The translations under genes were made by a program, and so were the position numbers. DNA of 64,000 bases, from NCBI GenBank assembly GCA_904420045.1, contig CAJFTY010000024.1, positions 524 through 64,523 of the forward strand, given 5' to 3'. This DNA is from Candidatus Metaruminococcus caecorum. Lineage in GTDB: Bacteria; Bacillota; Clostridia; Oscillospirales; Ruminococcaceae. The stretch's first letter is position 1. Each line of letters opens with the position of its first letter. Shown piece by piece: positions 30,267 to 37,412 of the stretch. The notes beneath the pieces are model-generated. The model did not search any database. It was given only the letters and a program-made list of their open reading frames with translations, and was not told the origin of the DNA.

Positions 30267-32891
30267 ATGGAGAAAAAGCAGAAAGCTGCTCCGGCGAACA
30301 CCGGCTTGGTGGACAACGTGGATGCGCTGATCGCCAAGATGGCGCAGGTGCGCGAAGCCCAGCGGATTTTCGCGACCTACACCCAGGAACAGGTCGACAA
30401 GATCTTTTACGAAGCGGCAATGGCCGCCAACCAGCAGCGGATTCCCCTGGCCAAAATGGCGGTGGAAGAGACCGGCATGGGCGTTGTGGAAGACAAGGTC
30501 ATCAAAAACCACTACGCGGCGGAGTACATTTACAACAAATATAAAAACGAAAAGACCTGCGGCGTGATCGAACGGGACGACGCGTTCGGCGTGACCAAGA
30601 TTGCCGAGCCCATCGGCGTTGTGGCGGCGGTTATCCCCACCACCAACCCCACCTCCACCGCGATCTTTAAAACCCTGATCTCGTTGAAAACCCGCAACGG
30701 CATCATCATCAGCCCCCACCCCCGGGCGAAAAAGAGCACCATCGCTGCGGCGAAGGTGGTTCTGGACGCGGCGGTCAAAGCCGGCGCTCCTGAGAACATC
30801 ATCGCATGGATCGACGTGCCCTCTCTGGAACTGACCAACGAGGTCATGGCCAGCGCCGACATCATCCTGGCTACCGGTGGCCCCGGCATGGTCAAAGCGG
30901 CGTACTCCTCCGGTAAACCCGCCGTGGGCGTGGGTGCGGGCAACACCCCTGCCATCATCGACGACACCGCCGACATCAAGCTGGCGGTCAACTCCATCAT
31001 TCACTCCAAGACGTTTGACAACGGCATGATCTGCGCCTCCGAGCAGTCTGTGATCGTGCTGGATAAAGTATACGAGGCGGCCAAGAAAGAGTTCGCGTAC
31101 CGCGGTTGCTACTTCCTCAACCCCGAGGAGACCGAGAAGGTCCGCAAGACCATCATCATCAACGGCGCCCTGAATGCGAAGATCGTCGGCCAGAAGGCCC
31201 ACACCATCGCGGAGCTCGCCGGCGTGAAGGTCCCCGAGAACACCAAGATCCTCATCGGCGAAGTCGAGAGCGTGGAGCTCGAGGAAGAGTTCGCCCATGA
31301 AAAACTTTCCCCCGTGCTGGCGATGTACCGGGCGAAGGACTTTGACGACGCGGTCGCCAAAGCGGAGCGCCTGATCGCCGACGGCGGTTACGGCCACACC
31401 TCTTCCCTGTACTGCAACCCGGTCACCGAGCGCGCGAAGATCGACCGGATGGGCCAGGCCATGAAAACCTGCCGCATCCTGGTGAACACCCCCTCTTCTC
31501 AGGGCGGTATCGGCGACCTGTACAACTTCAAGCTCGCTCCCTCTCTGACGCTGGGCTGCGGCTCCTGGGGCGGCAACTCGGTTTCCGAAAACGTAGGGTG
31601 CAAGCACCTGATCAACATCAAAACCGTGGCCGAGAGGAGAGAGAATATGCTGTGGTTCCGCGCGCCTGAAAAGGTTTACTTCAAAAAAGGCTGCATGCCG
31701 GTCGCCCTGGACGAGCTGGGCACCATCATGGGCAAAAAACGCGCCTTTATCGTCACGGATACCTTCCTCTACAAAAACGGCTATGTGAAACCCATCGAAG
31801 TGAAATTGGATGAAATGGGCATCGAGCACACCTGCTTCTTCGAGGTTGCTCCCGACCCGACCCTGGGCTGCGCCACCAAGGGCGCCGAGGCCATGCGCGC
31901 CTTCGAGCCCGATGTGATCATCGCCCTGGGCGGCGGCTCCGCGATGGACGCCGGTAAGATTATGTGGGTGCTGTACGAGCATCCCGACGTCAACTTCCAG
32001 GATATGGCCATGGACTTCATGGATATCCGGAAACGGATTTACACCTTCCCCGAGATGGGCAAAAAGGCCTACTTTGTGGCCATCCCCACCTCTTCCGGTA
32101 CCGGTTCCGAGGTGACTCCCTTCGCCATCATCACCGATGAGAACACCGGCGTAAAATGGCCGCTGGCGGACTACCAGCTGCTGCCCAACATGGCGATTGT
32201 GGACACCGACAACATGATGAACCAGCCCAAGGGCCTGACTTCCGCGTCTGGTATCGACGTGTTGACCCACGCGCTGGAAGCGTACGTCTCCGTGATGGCC
32301 AGCGACTACACCGACGGCTTCGCCCTGAAGGCGATGAAGAGCGTAATGGATTACCTGCCCGCTGCCTATGAAAAAGGCGCGGCGGATCCCGAAGCCCGTC
32401 AGAAAATGGCCGACGCGGCCTGCATGGCCGGTATGGCATTCGCCAACGCGTTCCTGGGGCTCAACCACTCCATGGCGCACAAGCTGGGCGCGTTCCATCA
32501 CATCCCCCACGGTGTAGCCAACGCGTTGATCCTCACCAACGTGATGAAATACAACGCCTCGGAAGTTCCCACCAAGATGGGCACCTTCCCCCAGTATCAG
32601 TACCCCCACACCCTGGCCCGGTACGCCGAGGCTGGCCGCTTCTGCGGAATCTCCGGCAAGACCGACGAGGAAGTTCTGGAGAAATTCTGCGCGAAGATCG
32701 AAGAACTCAAAGCCACCGTGGGCATCCCCAACTCCATCCAGGCTTGGGGCATCGACGAGAAGGTGTTCCTGGAGACCTTGGACGAGATGGTCGAGCAGGC
32801 CTTCAACGACCAGTGCACCGGCGCCAACCCCCGTTACCCGCTGATGAGCGAGATCAAAGAACTGTACCTGAAATCCTACTACGGCAAATAA
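30267..32891 (+). CDS. adhE: Bifunctional acetaldehyde-CoA / alcohol dehydrogenase
   Basis: 874 aa. The N-terminal ALDH domain has NGMICASEQS (catalytic Cys) and the C-terminal iron-ADH domain has GGGSAMDAGK and the HxxxH region. The architecture is unambiguous. Confidence 0.97.
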   Translation: MEKKQKAAPANTGLVDNVDALIAKMAQVREAQRIFATYTQEQVDKIFYEAAMAANQQRIPLAKMAVEETGMGVVEDKVIKNHYAAEYIYNKYKNEKTCGVIERDDAFGVTKIAEPIGVVAAVIPTTNPTSTAIFKTLISLKTRNGIIISPHPRAKKSTIAAAKVVLDAAVKAGAPENIIAWIDVPSLELTNEVMASADIILATGGPGMVKAAYSSGKPAVGVGAGNTPAIIDDTADIKLAVNSIIHSKTFDNGMICASEQSVIVLDKVYEAAKKEFAYRGCYFLNPEETEKVRKTIIINGALNAKIVGQKAHTIAELAGVKVPENTKILIGEVESVELEEEFAHEKLSPVLAMYRAKDFDDAVAKAERLIADGGYGHTSSLYCNPVTERAKIDRMGQAMKTCRILVNTPSSQGGIGDLYNFKLAPSLTLGCGSWGGNSVSENVGCKHLINIKTVAERRENMLWFRAPEKVYFKKGCMPVALDELGTIMGKKRAFIVTDTFLYKNGYVKPIEVKLDEMGIEHTCFFEVAPDPTLGCATKGAEAMRAFEPDVIIALGGGSAMDAGKIMWVLYEHPDVNFQDMAMDFMDIRKRIYTFPEMGKKAYFVAIPTSSGTGSEVTPFAIITDENTGVKWPLADYQLLPNMAIVDTDNMMNQPKGLTSASGIDVLTHALEAYVSVMASDYTDGFALKAMKSVMDYLPAAYEKGAADPEARQKMADAACMAGMAFANAFLGLNHSMAHKLGAFHHIPHGVANALILTNVMKYNASEVPTKMGTFPQYQYPHTLARYAEAGRFCGISGKTDEEVLEKFCAKIEELKATVGIPNSIQAWGIDEKVFLETLDEMVEQAFNDQCTGANPRYPLMSEIKELYLKSYYGK

Positions 32892-32906
32892 GAATCGGTG
32901 TAATAC

Positions 32907-32938
32907 GAACGGCTCCCCTGGAAACAGGGGAGCCGTTC
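32907..32938. terminator. Stem-loop between convergent adhE and the XRE gene (no clear U-run on either side)
   Basis: A 14 bp stem GAACGGCTCCCCTG / CAGGGGAGCCGTTC with loop GAAA. Confidence 0.55.
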
Positions 32939-32941
32939 TGC

Positions 32942-33178
32942 TTATACAAGATATTTTTCCGCTTCTGGATAGGGCAGGGGAAGGTTCGTCAGACCAGCCA
33001 AATAGTCAATGCTGACATGGAATGTGCAAGCAACCTTTATTAATATGGGAAGATTCGGATGCAGCTCATCCCGTTCGTATTTTAGATAGAGTTCTACGCT
33101 AATTCCGAGGACTAAACTCATTTTACTAATGGTGTATTGACGGTCTTTGCGCAGCTTTTTCAATCGCTTTCCGAACAT
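32942..33178 (-). CDS. XRE-family HTH transcriptional regulator (78 aa)
   Basis: MFGKRLKKLRKDRQYTISKMSLVLGISVELYLKYERDELHPNLPILIKVACTFHVSIDYL is a canonical Cro/C1 HTH_3 domain. RBS is GAGGAG and the region is AT-rich. Confidence 0.85.
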   Translation of the reverse strand: MFGKRLKKLRKDRQYTISKMSLVLGISVELYLKYERDELHPNLPILIKVACTFHVSIDYLAGLTNLPLPYPEAEKYLV

Positions 33179-33206
33179 GTCAAATGCTCCTCATTTTTTT
33201 GTACAT

Positions 33207-33235
33207 TATAGTCGATATATCGAATATAGTCAATA
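33207..33235. promoter_or_regulatory. Operator-like repeats in the divergent XRE/XRE intergenic region
   Basis: Direct repeats TATAGTCGATA (33207..33217) and TATAGTCAATA (33225..33235), overlapped by the perfect 12 bp palindrome TCGATATATCGA (33212..33223). Confidence 0.45.
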
Positions 33236-33269
33236 CATCTCCTACAAACTAAACTGGGTTTGTAAGGAG

Positions 33270-33497
33270 ATGAGCAGTATGATTGTATACGAACCTTTTT
33301 GGAGAACATTGAAAGCGAAAAAGATCAGCACCTACTATCTTATTTATAAGTGCAATATCAGCAGTTCTACCATTGGCAGAATACGGAAAGGACAGCCGTT
33401 GACGACTACCACCATCAATGATCTTTGCAGAATCCTGAATTGTAGAATTGAAGAAATTGCCCAATATGTCCCCAGCGACGCGGATCAAACCTTGTAA
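33270..33497 (+). CDS. XRE/Cro-like HTH protein (about 75 aa)
   Basis: YEPFWRTLKAKKISTYYLIYKCNISSSTIGRIRKGQPLTTTTINDLCRILNCRIEEI is an HTH_26-like domain. The start is ATG 33270 or 33279 (RBS AAGGAG); the track start at 33147 overlaps the divergent gene. Confidence 0.75.
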   Translation: MSSMIVYEPFWRTLKAKKISTYYLIYKCNISSSTIGRIRKGQPLTTTTINDLCRILNCRIEEIAQYVPSDADQTL

Positions 33498-33529
33498 ACA
33501 TATTTTCTCCTGTGAACGCCTTCCAGTGA

Positions 33530-33580
33530 TTGCAAAGAACCCGTTTTTTCGCTATAATAGTTGTTAGTCTAGATTAACAA
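33530..33580 (+). promoter_or_regulatory. feoAB promoter plus a 20 bp near-palindromic operator just downstream of the -10
   Basis: TTGCAA (33530..33535), a 17 nt spacer, then TATAAT (33553..33558). The palindrome TTGTTAgTCTAGAtTAACAA follows at 33561..33580 (9 of 10 arm positions pair). Confidence 0.6.
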
Positions 33581-33600
33581 TTTATAGGGAGGCGTTCTTT

Positions 33601-33828
33601 TTGACGCTGGATCAATGTAAGATCGGGAAACGCGCCCGGATCCTCGCAGTGGGCGGTCAAGGGGCCCTGCGGCGCAGGCTGTTGGACATGGGGCTTACCC
33701 CCCACACGGCAGTGATGGTGCGCAAGGTGGCCCCCATGGGGGACCCTATCGAGCTGCATGTGCGCAGCTATGAGCTGACCATCCGCAAAGAGGATGCGGC
33801 CAATATTGAAGTGGAGGCGCTGGACTGA
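33601..33828 (+). CDS. feoA: Ferrous iron transport protein A
   Basis: 75 aa SH3-like FeoA (GKRARILAVGGQGALRRRLLDMGLTPHTAVMVRKVAPMGDPIEL). TTG start with RBS AGGGAGG. Confidence 0.9.
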   Translation: MTLDQCKIGKRARILAVGGQGALRRRLLDMGLTPHTAVMVRKVAPMGDPIELHVRSYELTIRKEDAANIEVEALD

Positions 33829-35834
33829 TGGTATTTGCACTGGCCGGAAACCAAAACTGCGGCAAGACCACGCTGTTCAACCAGCTGACAGGCTCCAACC
33901 AGCACGTGGGGAATTTCCCCGGCGTGACGGTGGAGCGCAAGGACGGCGTCATCCGGGGGCACAAGGACTGTACGGTGGTGGATCTGCCAGGGATCTACTC
34001 GCTGTCCCCCTACACCAGCGAGGAGATCGTCACCCGGGACTTTTTGTTAAACGAGCACCCTGACGGGATCATCAACATTCTGGACGCCACCAACATCGAG
34101 CGCAACCTCTATCTGAGCATGCAGCTTATGGAGCTGGACATCCCCATGGTGATCGCCCTGAACATGATGGACGAGGTGCGGGGCTCGGGCGGAACCATCA
34201 AGATCGAGCAGCTCCGCAAGGATTTGGGGGTGCCGGTGGTACCCATTTCCGCCAGCAAAAACGAGGGGATCGACGAGCTGATTGACACCGCTGTGCAGAT
34301 CGCCCAGCACAAGACCCGGCCCGCCCGCCAGGATTTTTGCTCCGGGCCGGTGCACCGGTGTATCCACGCCATCGCCCACCAGGTGGAGGATCACGCCCAG
34401 CGGTGTGGGATTCCCCAGCGGTTCGCCGCCACCAAGCTGGTGGAAGGGGACGAGCCCATGCGGGCCCTTTTGGGCCTGACCGAAAACGAGCTGGACATGG
34501 TGGAGCATTCGGTCACCGAGATGGAGCGGGATCTGGACACCGACCGGGAGGCTGCTCTGGCGGACATGCGCTACACCTTTATTGAGCAGCTCTGCCAGGA
34601 TTCGGTGGTCAAGGGGCGCGAGAGCAAGGAGAGCCTGCGCAGTATCAAAATTGATAAGCTTTTAACCCACAAATACCTGGCGATCCCCATGTTTTTGGGG
34701 ATTATGCTGGTGATCTTCTGGCTGACCTTCGGGGTGTTTGGCAAGATTTTAAGCGATCTTTTGTCCATGGGGATCGACGCGCTGACCGAACTCACCAGCA
34801 GCGCCCTTACAAGCTACGGCATCAACCCGGTGGTACACAGCCTGATGATCGACGGGGTGTTCGCCGGGGTGGGGAGCGTGTTGTCCTTCTTGCCCATTAT
34901 CGTGGTGCTGTTTTTCTTCCTGTCGATTCTGGAGGACTCGGGCTATATGGCCAGGGTCGCCTTTGTAATGGATAAGCTGCTGCGAAAGATCGGCCTGTCG
35001 GGGAGAAGCTTTGTCCCCATGCTCATCGGCTTTGGGTGCAGCGTGCCCGCCATTATGGCCACCCGCACCCTGTCCAGCGAGCGGGACCGCAAGATGACGA
35101 TTTTTCTCACCCCGTTTATGAGCTGCAGCGCAAAGCTTCCCATCTACGCTATGTTTACCGCGGCGTTTTTCCCCGACCATGGGGCGTTGGTGATGATTGG
35201 GCTGTATGTGTTCGGCATGCTTATGGGGGTGTTAAGCGGGCTGGTGCTCAAAAAGACCGCTTTTAAGGGAAATCCCGTCCCCTTTGTGATGGAGCTTCCC
35301 AACTACCGGTTCCCCAGCGCCAAAAGCGTGGCCCTGCTGATCTGGGACAAGGCCAAGGACTTTTTAATCCGGGCGTTTACCGTGATTTTTGTGGCCTCGC
35401 TGGTCATCTGGTTTTTGCAGACCTTCGACACCCGCTTGAACGTGGTGGCCGACAGTGCCGACAGCATGCTGGCGGGAATCGGCCGTCTGATCGCCCCGGT
35501 GTTTGCCCCCTTGGGATTTGTGGACTGGCGGGCCTCCACCGCGCTGCTCACAGGATTTTCCGCCAAGGAGGCGGTGGTCAGCACCCTGGCGGTGCTCACC
35601 GGTACCAATACCGCCACCCTGCCTGCCGCGCTGGCAGGGATCTTCTCTCCCTTAGCGGCGGTGGCGTTTCTTGTATTCACCCTGCTGTACACCCCCTGCG
35701 TGGCGGCGGTGAACGCCGTCCGGCGGGAGCTGGGCGGCCTAAGGTATGCCCTGGGTGTGATGGTCTGCCAGACCGGGGTGGCCTGGGTTGTGGCTACGCT
35801 GGTCTATCAGGCCGGCCGGCTGTTCATTCACTAA
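33828..35834 (+). CDS. feoB: Ferrous iron transport protein B
   Basis: G1 motif GNQNCGKTTLFN, G-domain motif DLPGIYS, and a polytopic permease domain. Its ATG overlaps the feoA stop (TGATG). Confidence 0.96.
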   Translation: MVFALAGNQNCGKTTLFNQLTGSNQHVGNFPGVTVERKDGVIRGHKDCTVVDLPGIYSLSPYTSEEIVTRDFLLNEHPDGIINILDATNIERNLYLSMQLMELDIPMVIALNMMDEVRGSGGTIKIEQLRKDLGVPVVPISASKNEGIDELIDTAVQIAQHKTRPARQDFCSGPVHRCIHAIAHQVEDHAQRCGIPQRFAATKLVEGDEPMRALLGLTENELDMVEHSVTEMERDLDTDREAALADMRYTFIEQLCQDSVVKGRESKESLRSIKIDKLLTHKYLAIPMFLGIMLVIFWLTFGVFGKILSDLLSMGIDALTELTSSALTSYGINPVVHSLMIDGVFAGVGSVLSFLPIIVVLFFFLSILEDSGYMARVAFVMDKLLRKIGLSGRSFVPMLIGFGCSVPAIMATRTLSSERDRKMTIFLTPFMSCSAKLPIYAMFTAAFFPDHGALVMIGLYVFGMLMGVLSGLVLKKTAFKGNPVPFVMELPNYRFPSAKSVALLIWDKAKDFLIRAFTVIFVASLVIWFLQTFDTRLNVVADSADSMLAGIGRLIAPVFAPLGFVDWRASTALLTGFSAKEAVVSTLAVLTGTNTATLPAALAGIFSPLAAVAFLVFTLLYTPCVAAVNAVRRELGGLRYALGVMVCQTGVAWVVATLVYQAGRLFIH

Positions 35835-35865
35835 ATACGTGTTTCACCTGAAAGGAGCGTTGCCG

Positions 35866-36012
35866 ATGGGCCCATTGGATTACATCCTCATTGGAGTGGT
35901 TGTGCTTTTGGCGGCGGCAGCCCTTGTGTACAGCCTTCGCCGGAAAGGAAGCTGCGGCGACTGCTCCGCCTGCGGGAAGGACTGTCCTTCCAGGAGGGAG
36001 AACAGGAAATGA
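35866..36012 (+). CDS. FeoB-associated Cys-rich small membrane protein
   Basis: MGPLDYILIGVVVLLAAAALVYSLRRKGSCGDCSACGKDCPSRR is one TM segment plus a CxxCxxCxxxC tail. RBS is AAAGGAG. Confidence 0.75.
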   Translation: MGPLDYILIGVVVLLAAAALVYSLRRKGSCGDCSACGKDCPSRRENRK

Positions 36013-36033
36013 AATTTTTTGTCTCGCCTTGCT

Positions 36034-36322
36034 ATGATACCACGGTTATGTGGGCTTCCCGGCGGCTTTAGCCGCTTGCCCGCTGCGACGGGTTAGGGGA
36101 TACGCGCCGCCGTATCCCCTAACAACCCCCGGGCGGCACAAGGGGATGTGTCCCCTTGTGTAACCCCTCACAGTTGCGGCCTCGGTGGGCTGACAAAGGC
36201 GGGGAGGCTTGAACATTGGCTCTTGCTTAGTGTAAACAATCAGCTTACCGTTCAGGCACAGCGCATGTAGCTTATAGCTAGGGTGAAAAAATTGCGAAGC
36301 AATTTTCATTATAATGATACCA
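36034..36322. other. Structured GC-rich ~270 nt intergenic segment bounded by a 9 bp direct repeat (ATGATACCA)
   Basis: The direct repeat lies at 36034..36042 and 36314..36322. Internal hairpins are GTTAGGGGATAC(N8)GTATCCCCTAAC (36092..36123), CACAAGGGGA(TGTG)TCCCCTTGTG (36137..36160) and AAAATTGC(GAA)GCAATTTT (36286..36304). No convincing ORF is present. Confidence 0.5.
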
Positions 36323-36338
36323 AGAAAGGCGGAACATC

Positions 36339-36821
36339 ATGATTCAGGACGCATACATTCCCTTTACCATCGAAAAGCAAAAGCACATCGCATTGATTGC
36401 CCACGACAGCAAGAAAAAAGAGCTGGTGGAATGGGTGGATCAGAACAAGGAGATTCTTAAAAACCACTTTCTCTGCGGAACCGGAACCACCGCCCGGCTG
36501 ATCTGCGAGCAGACGGGACTTCCAGTCAAAGGGTACAACTCCGGCCCCTTAGGGGGCGATCAGCAGATCGGTTCCCGGATTGTGGAAGGCAACATCGACT
36601 TTGTGATCTTTTTCTGGGACCCGCTGGAAAGCCAGCCCCACGACCCGGATGTGAAGGCGCTTTTGCGCATCGCGGTGGTGTACGACATCCCCATCGCCAA
36701 CAACAAGGCCACGGCGGACTTTTTGCTCACCTCCCGGTATATGAATGAGGAATATGAGCGCACGGTGCTCAACTACAACAAGATCATCCAGAACCGGATC
36801 AAGGATATGAAACTCGACTAA
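36339..36821 (+). CDS. mgsA: Methylglyoxal synthase
   Basis: Motifs IALIAHDSKKKELVEW, CGTGTTARLI and PLGGDQQIG are present. Confidence 0.93.
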   Translation: MIQDAYIPFTIEKQKHIALIAHDSKKKELVEWVDQNKEILKNHFLCGTGTTARLICEQTGLPVKGYNSGPLGGDQQIGSRIVEGNIDFVIFFWDPLESQPHDPDVKALLRIAVVYDIPIANNKATADFLLTSRYMNEEYERTVLNYNKIIQNRIKDMKLD

Positions 36822-36852
36822 CCGCTTGAAGGGAAAGGACGGCGAACAGCGT

Positions 36853-37233
36853 ATGACACAGGTGGCGGCCGGAATCCTTCTGCGAAACGGCCAGGTGCTG
36901 CTGGGCTTGCGGGCTCCCGGCGGAAACTGCGGCGGCTTGTGGGAGTTCCCCGGCGGCAAGCTGGAGCCGGGAGAGACCCCCGAGCAGTGTCTCGTCCGGG
37001 AGTGCATGGAGGAAGTGGGGCTTTTGGTGGAACCGGTCAAGCTCATCAGCCGGGTGGTGTATCCCTTCCCCGATCAGCCCATCGAACTGTTTTTCTATCA
37101 GGTCCGTGCGGGGGAAGGAGAACCCAGCCCCCTTGTCCACCAAAAGCTTTGCTGGGCGCCGGTGGAGGAACTGGACCGCTATGCGTTTTCTCCCGCCAAC
37201 CGGGAAGCGCTTGCATACATAAAGAATGTATAA
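36853..37233 (+). CDS. NUDIX hydrolase, MutT/8-oxo-dGTP diphosphatase-like
   Basis: The Nudix box is GGKLEPGETPEQCLVRECMEEVGL. I chose ATG 36853 over the TTG at 36826. Confidence 0.85.
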   Translation: MTQVAAGILLRNGQVLLGLRAPGGNCGGLWEFPGGKLEPGETPEQCLVRECMEEVGLLVEPVKLISRVVYPFPDQPIELFFYQVRAGEGEPSPLVHQKLCWAPVEELDRYAFSPANREALAYIKNV

Positions 37234-37235
37234 TA

Positions 37236-37268
37236 AAACGAGCTGTGAAAAAATTCACAGCTCGTTTT
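37236..37268 (+). terminator. Rho-independent terminator
   Basis: Stem AAACGAGCTGTGAA / TTCACAGCTCGTTT followed by a T-run. Confidence 0.85.
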
Positions 37269-37321
37269 AATCTTTTCGAGCGGGCGGCGCGGTTATCGAT
37301 CACTTGTTTACGTTTGGTTCA

Positions 37322-37373
37322 TTGACGGGAGAGGCCCTGTGGATTTATAATAATGACTGACTGGTCGGTCAGT
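37322..37373 (+). promoter_or_regulatory. Promoter of the RND-TetR operon with a candidate TetR operator
   Basis: TTGACG (37322..37327), an 18 nt spacer, then TATAAT (37346..37351). The inverted repeat ACTGAC-N6-GTCAGT follows at 37356..37373. Confidence 0.5.
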
Positions 37374-37412
37374 TCTGGCCCGCAGCTTATAGAAAGGCGG
37401 AAAATTTGCCCT

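Noticed and set aside
30219-32609. A 796 aa ORF on the minus strand
   Set aside because: It is exactly antisense to the unambiguous adhE gene. Its translation is low-complexity (G/V/H/R/D-rich) with no motifs. Long open antisense frames are expected from the strong GC3 bias.
36046-36309. An 87 aa minus-strand ORF in the feo-mgsA intergenic region
   Set aside because: It has no RBS. Its translation simply mirrors the hairpin repeats (VRGYTRGHIP / VRGYGGAYP). I treat the region as a structured non-coding element instead.
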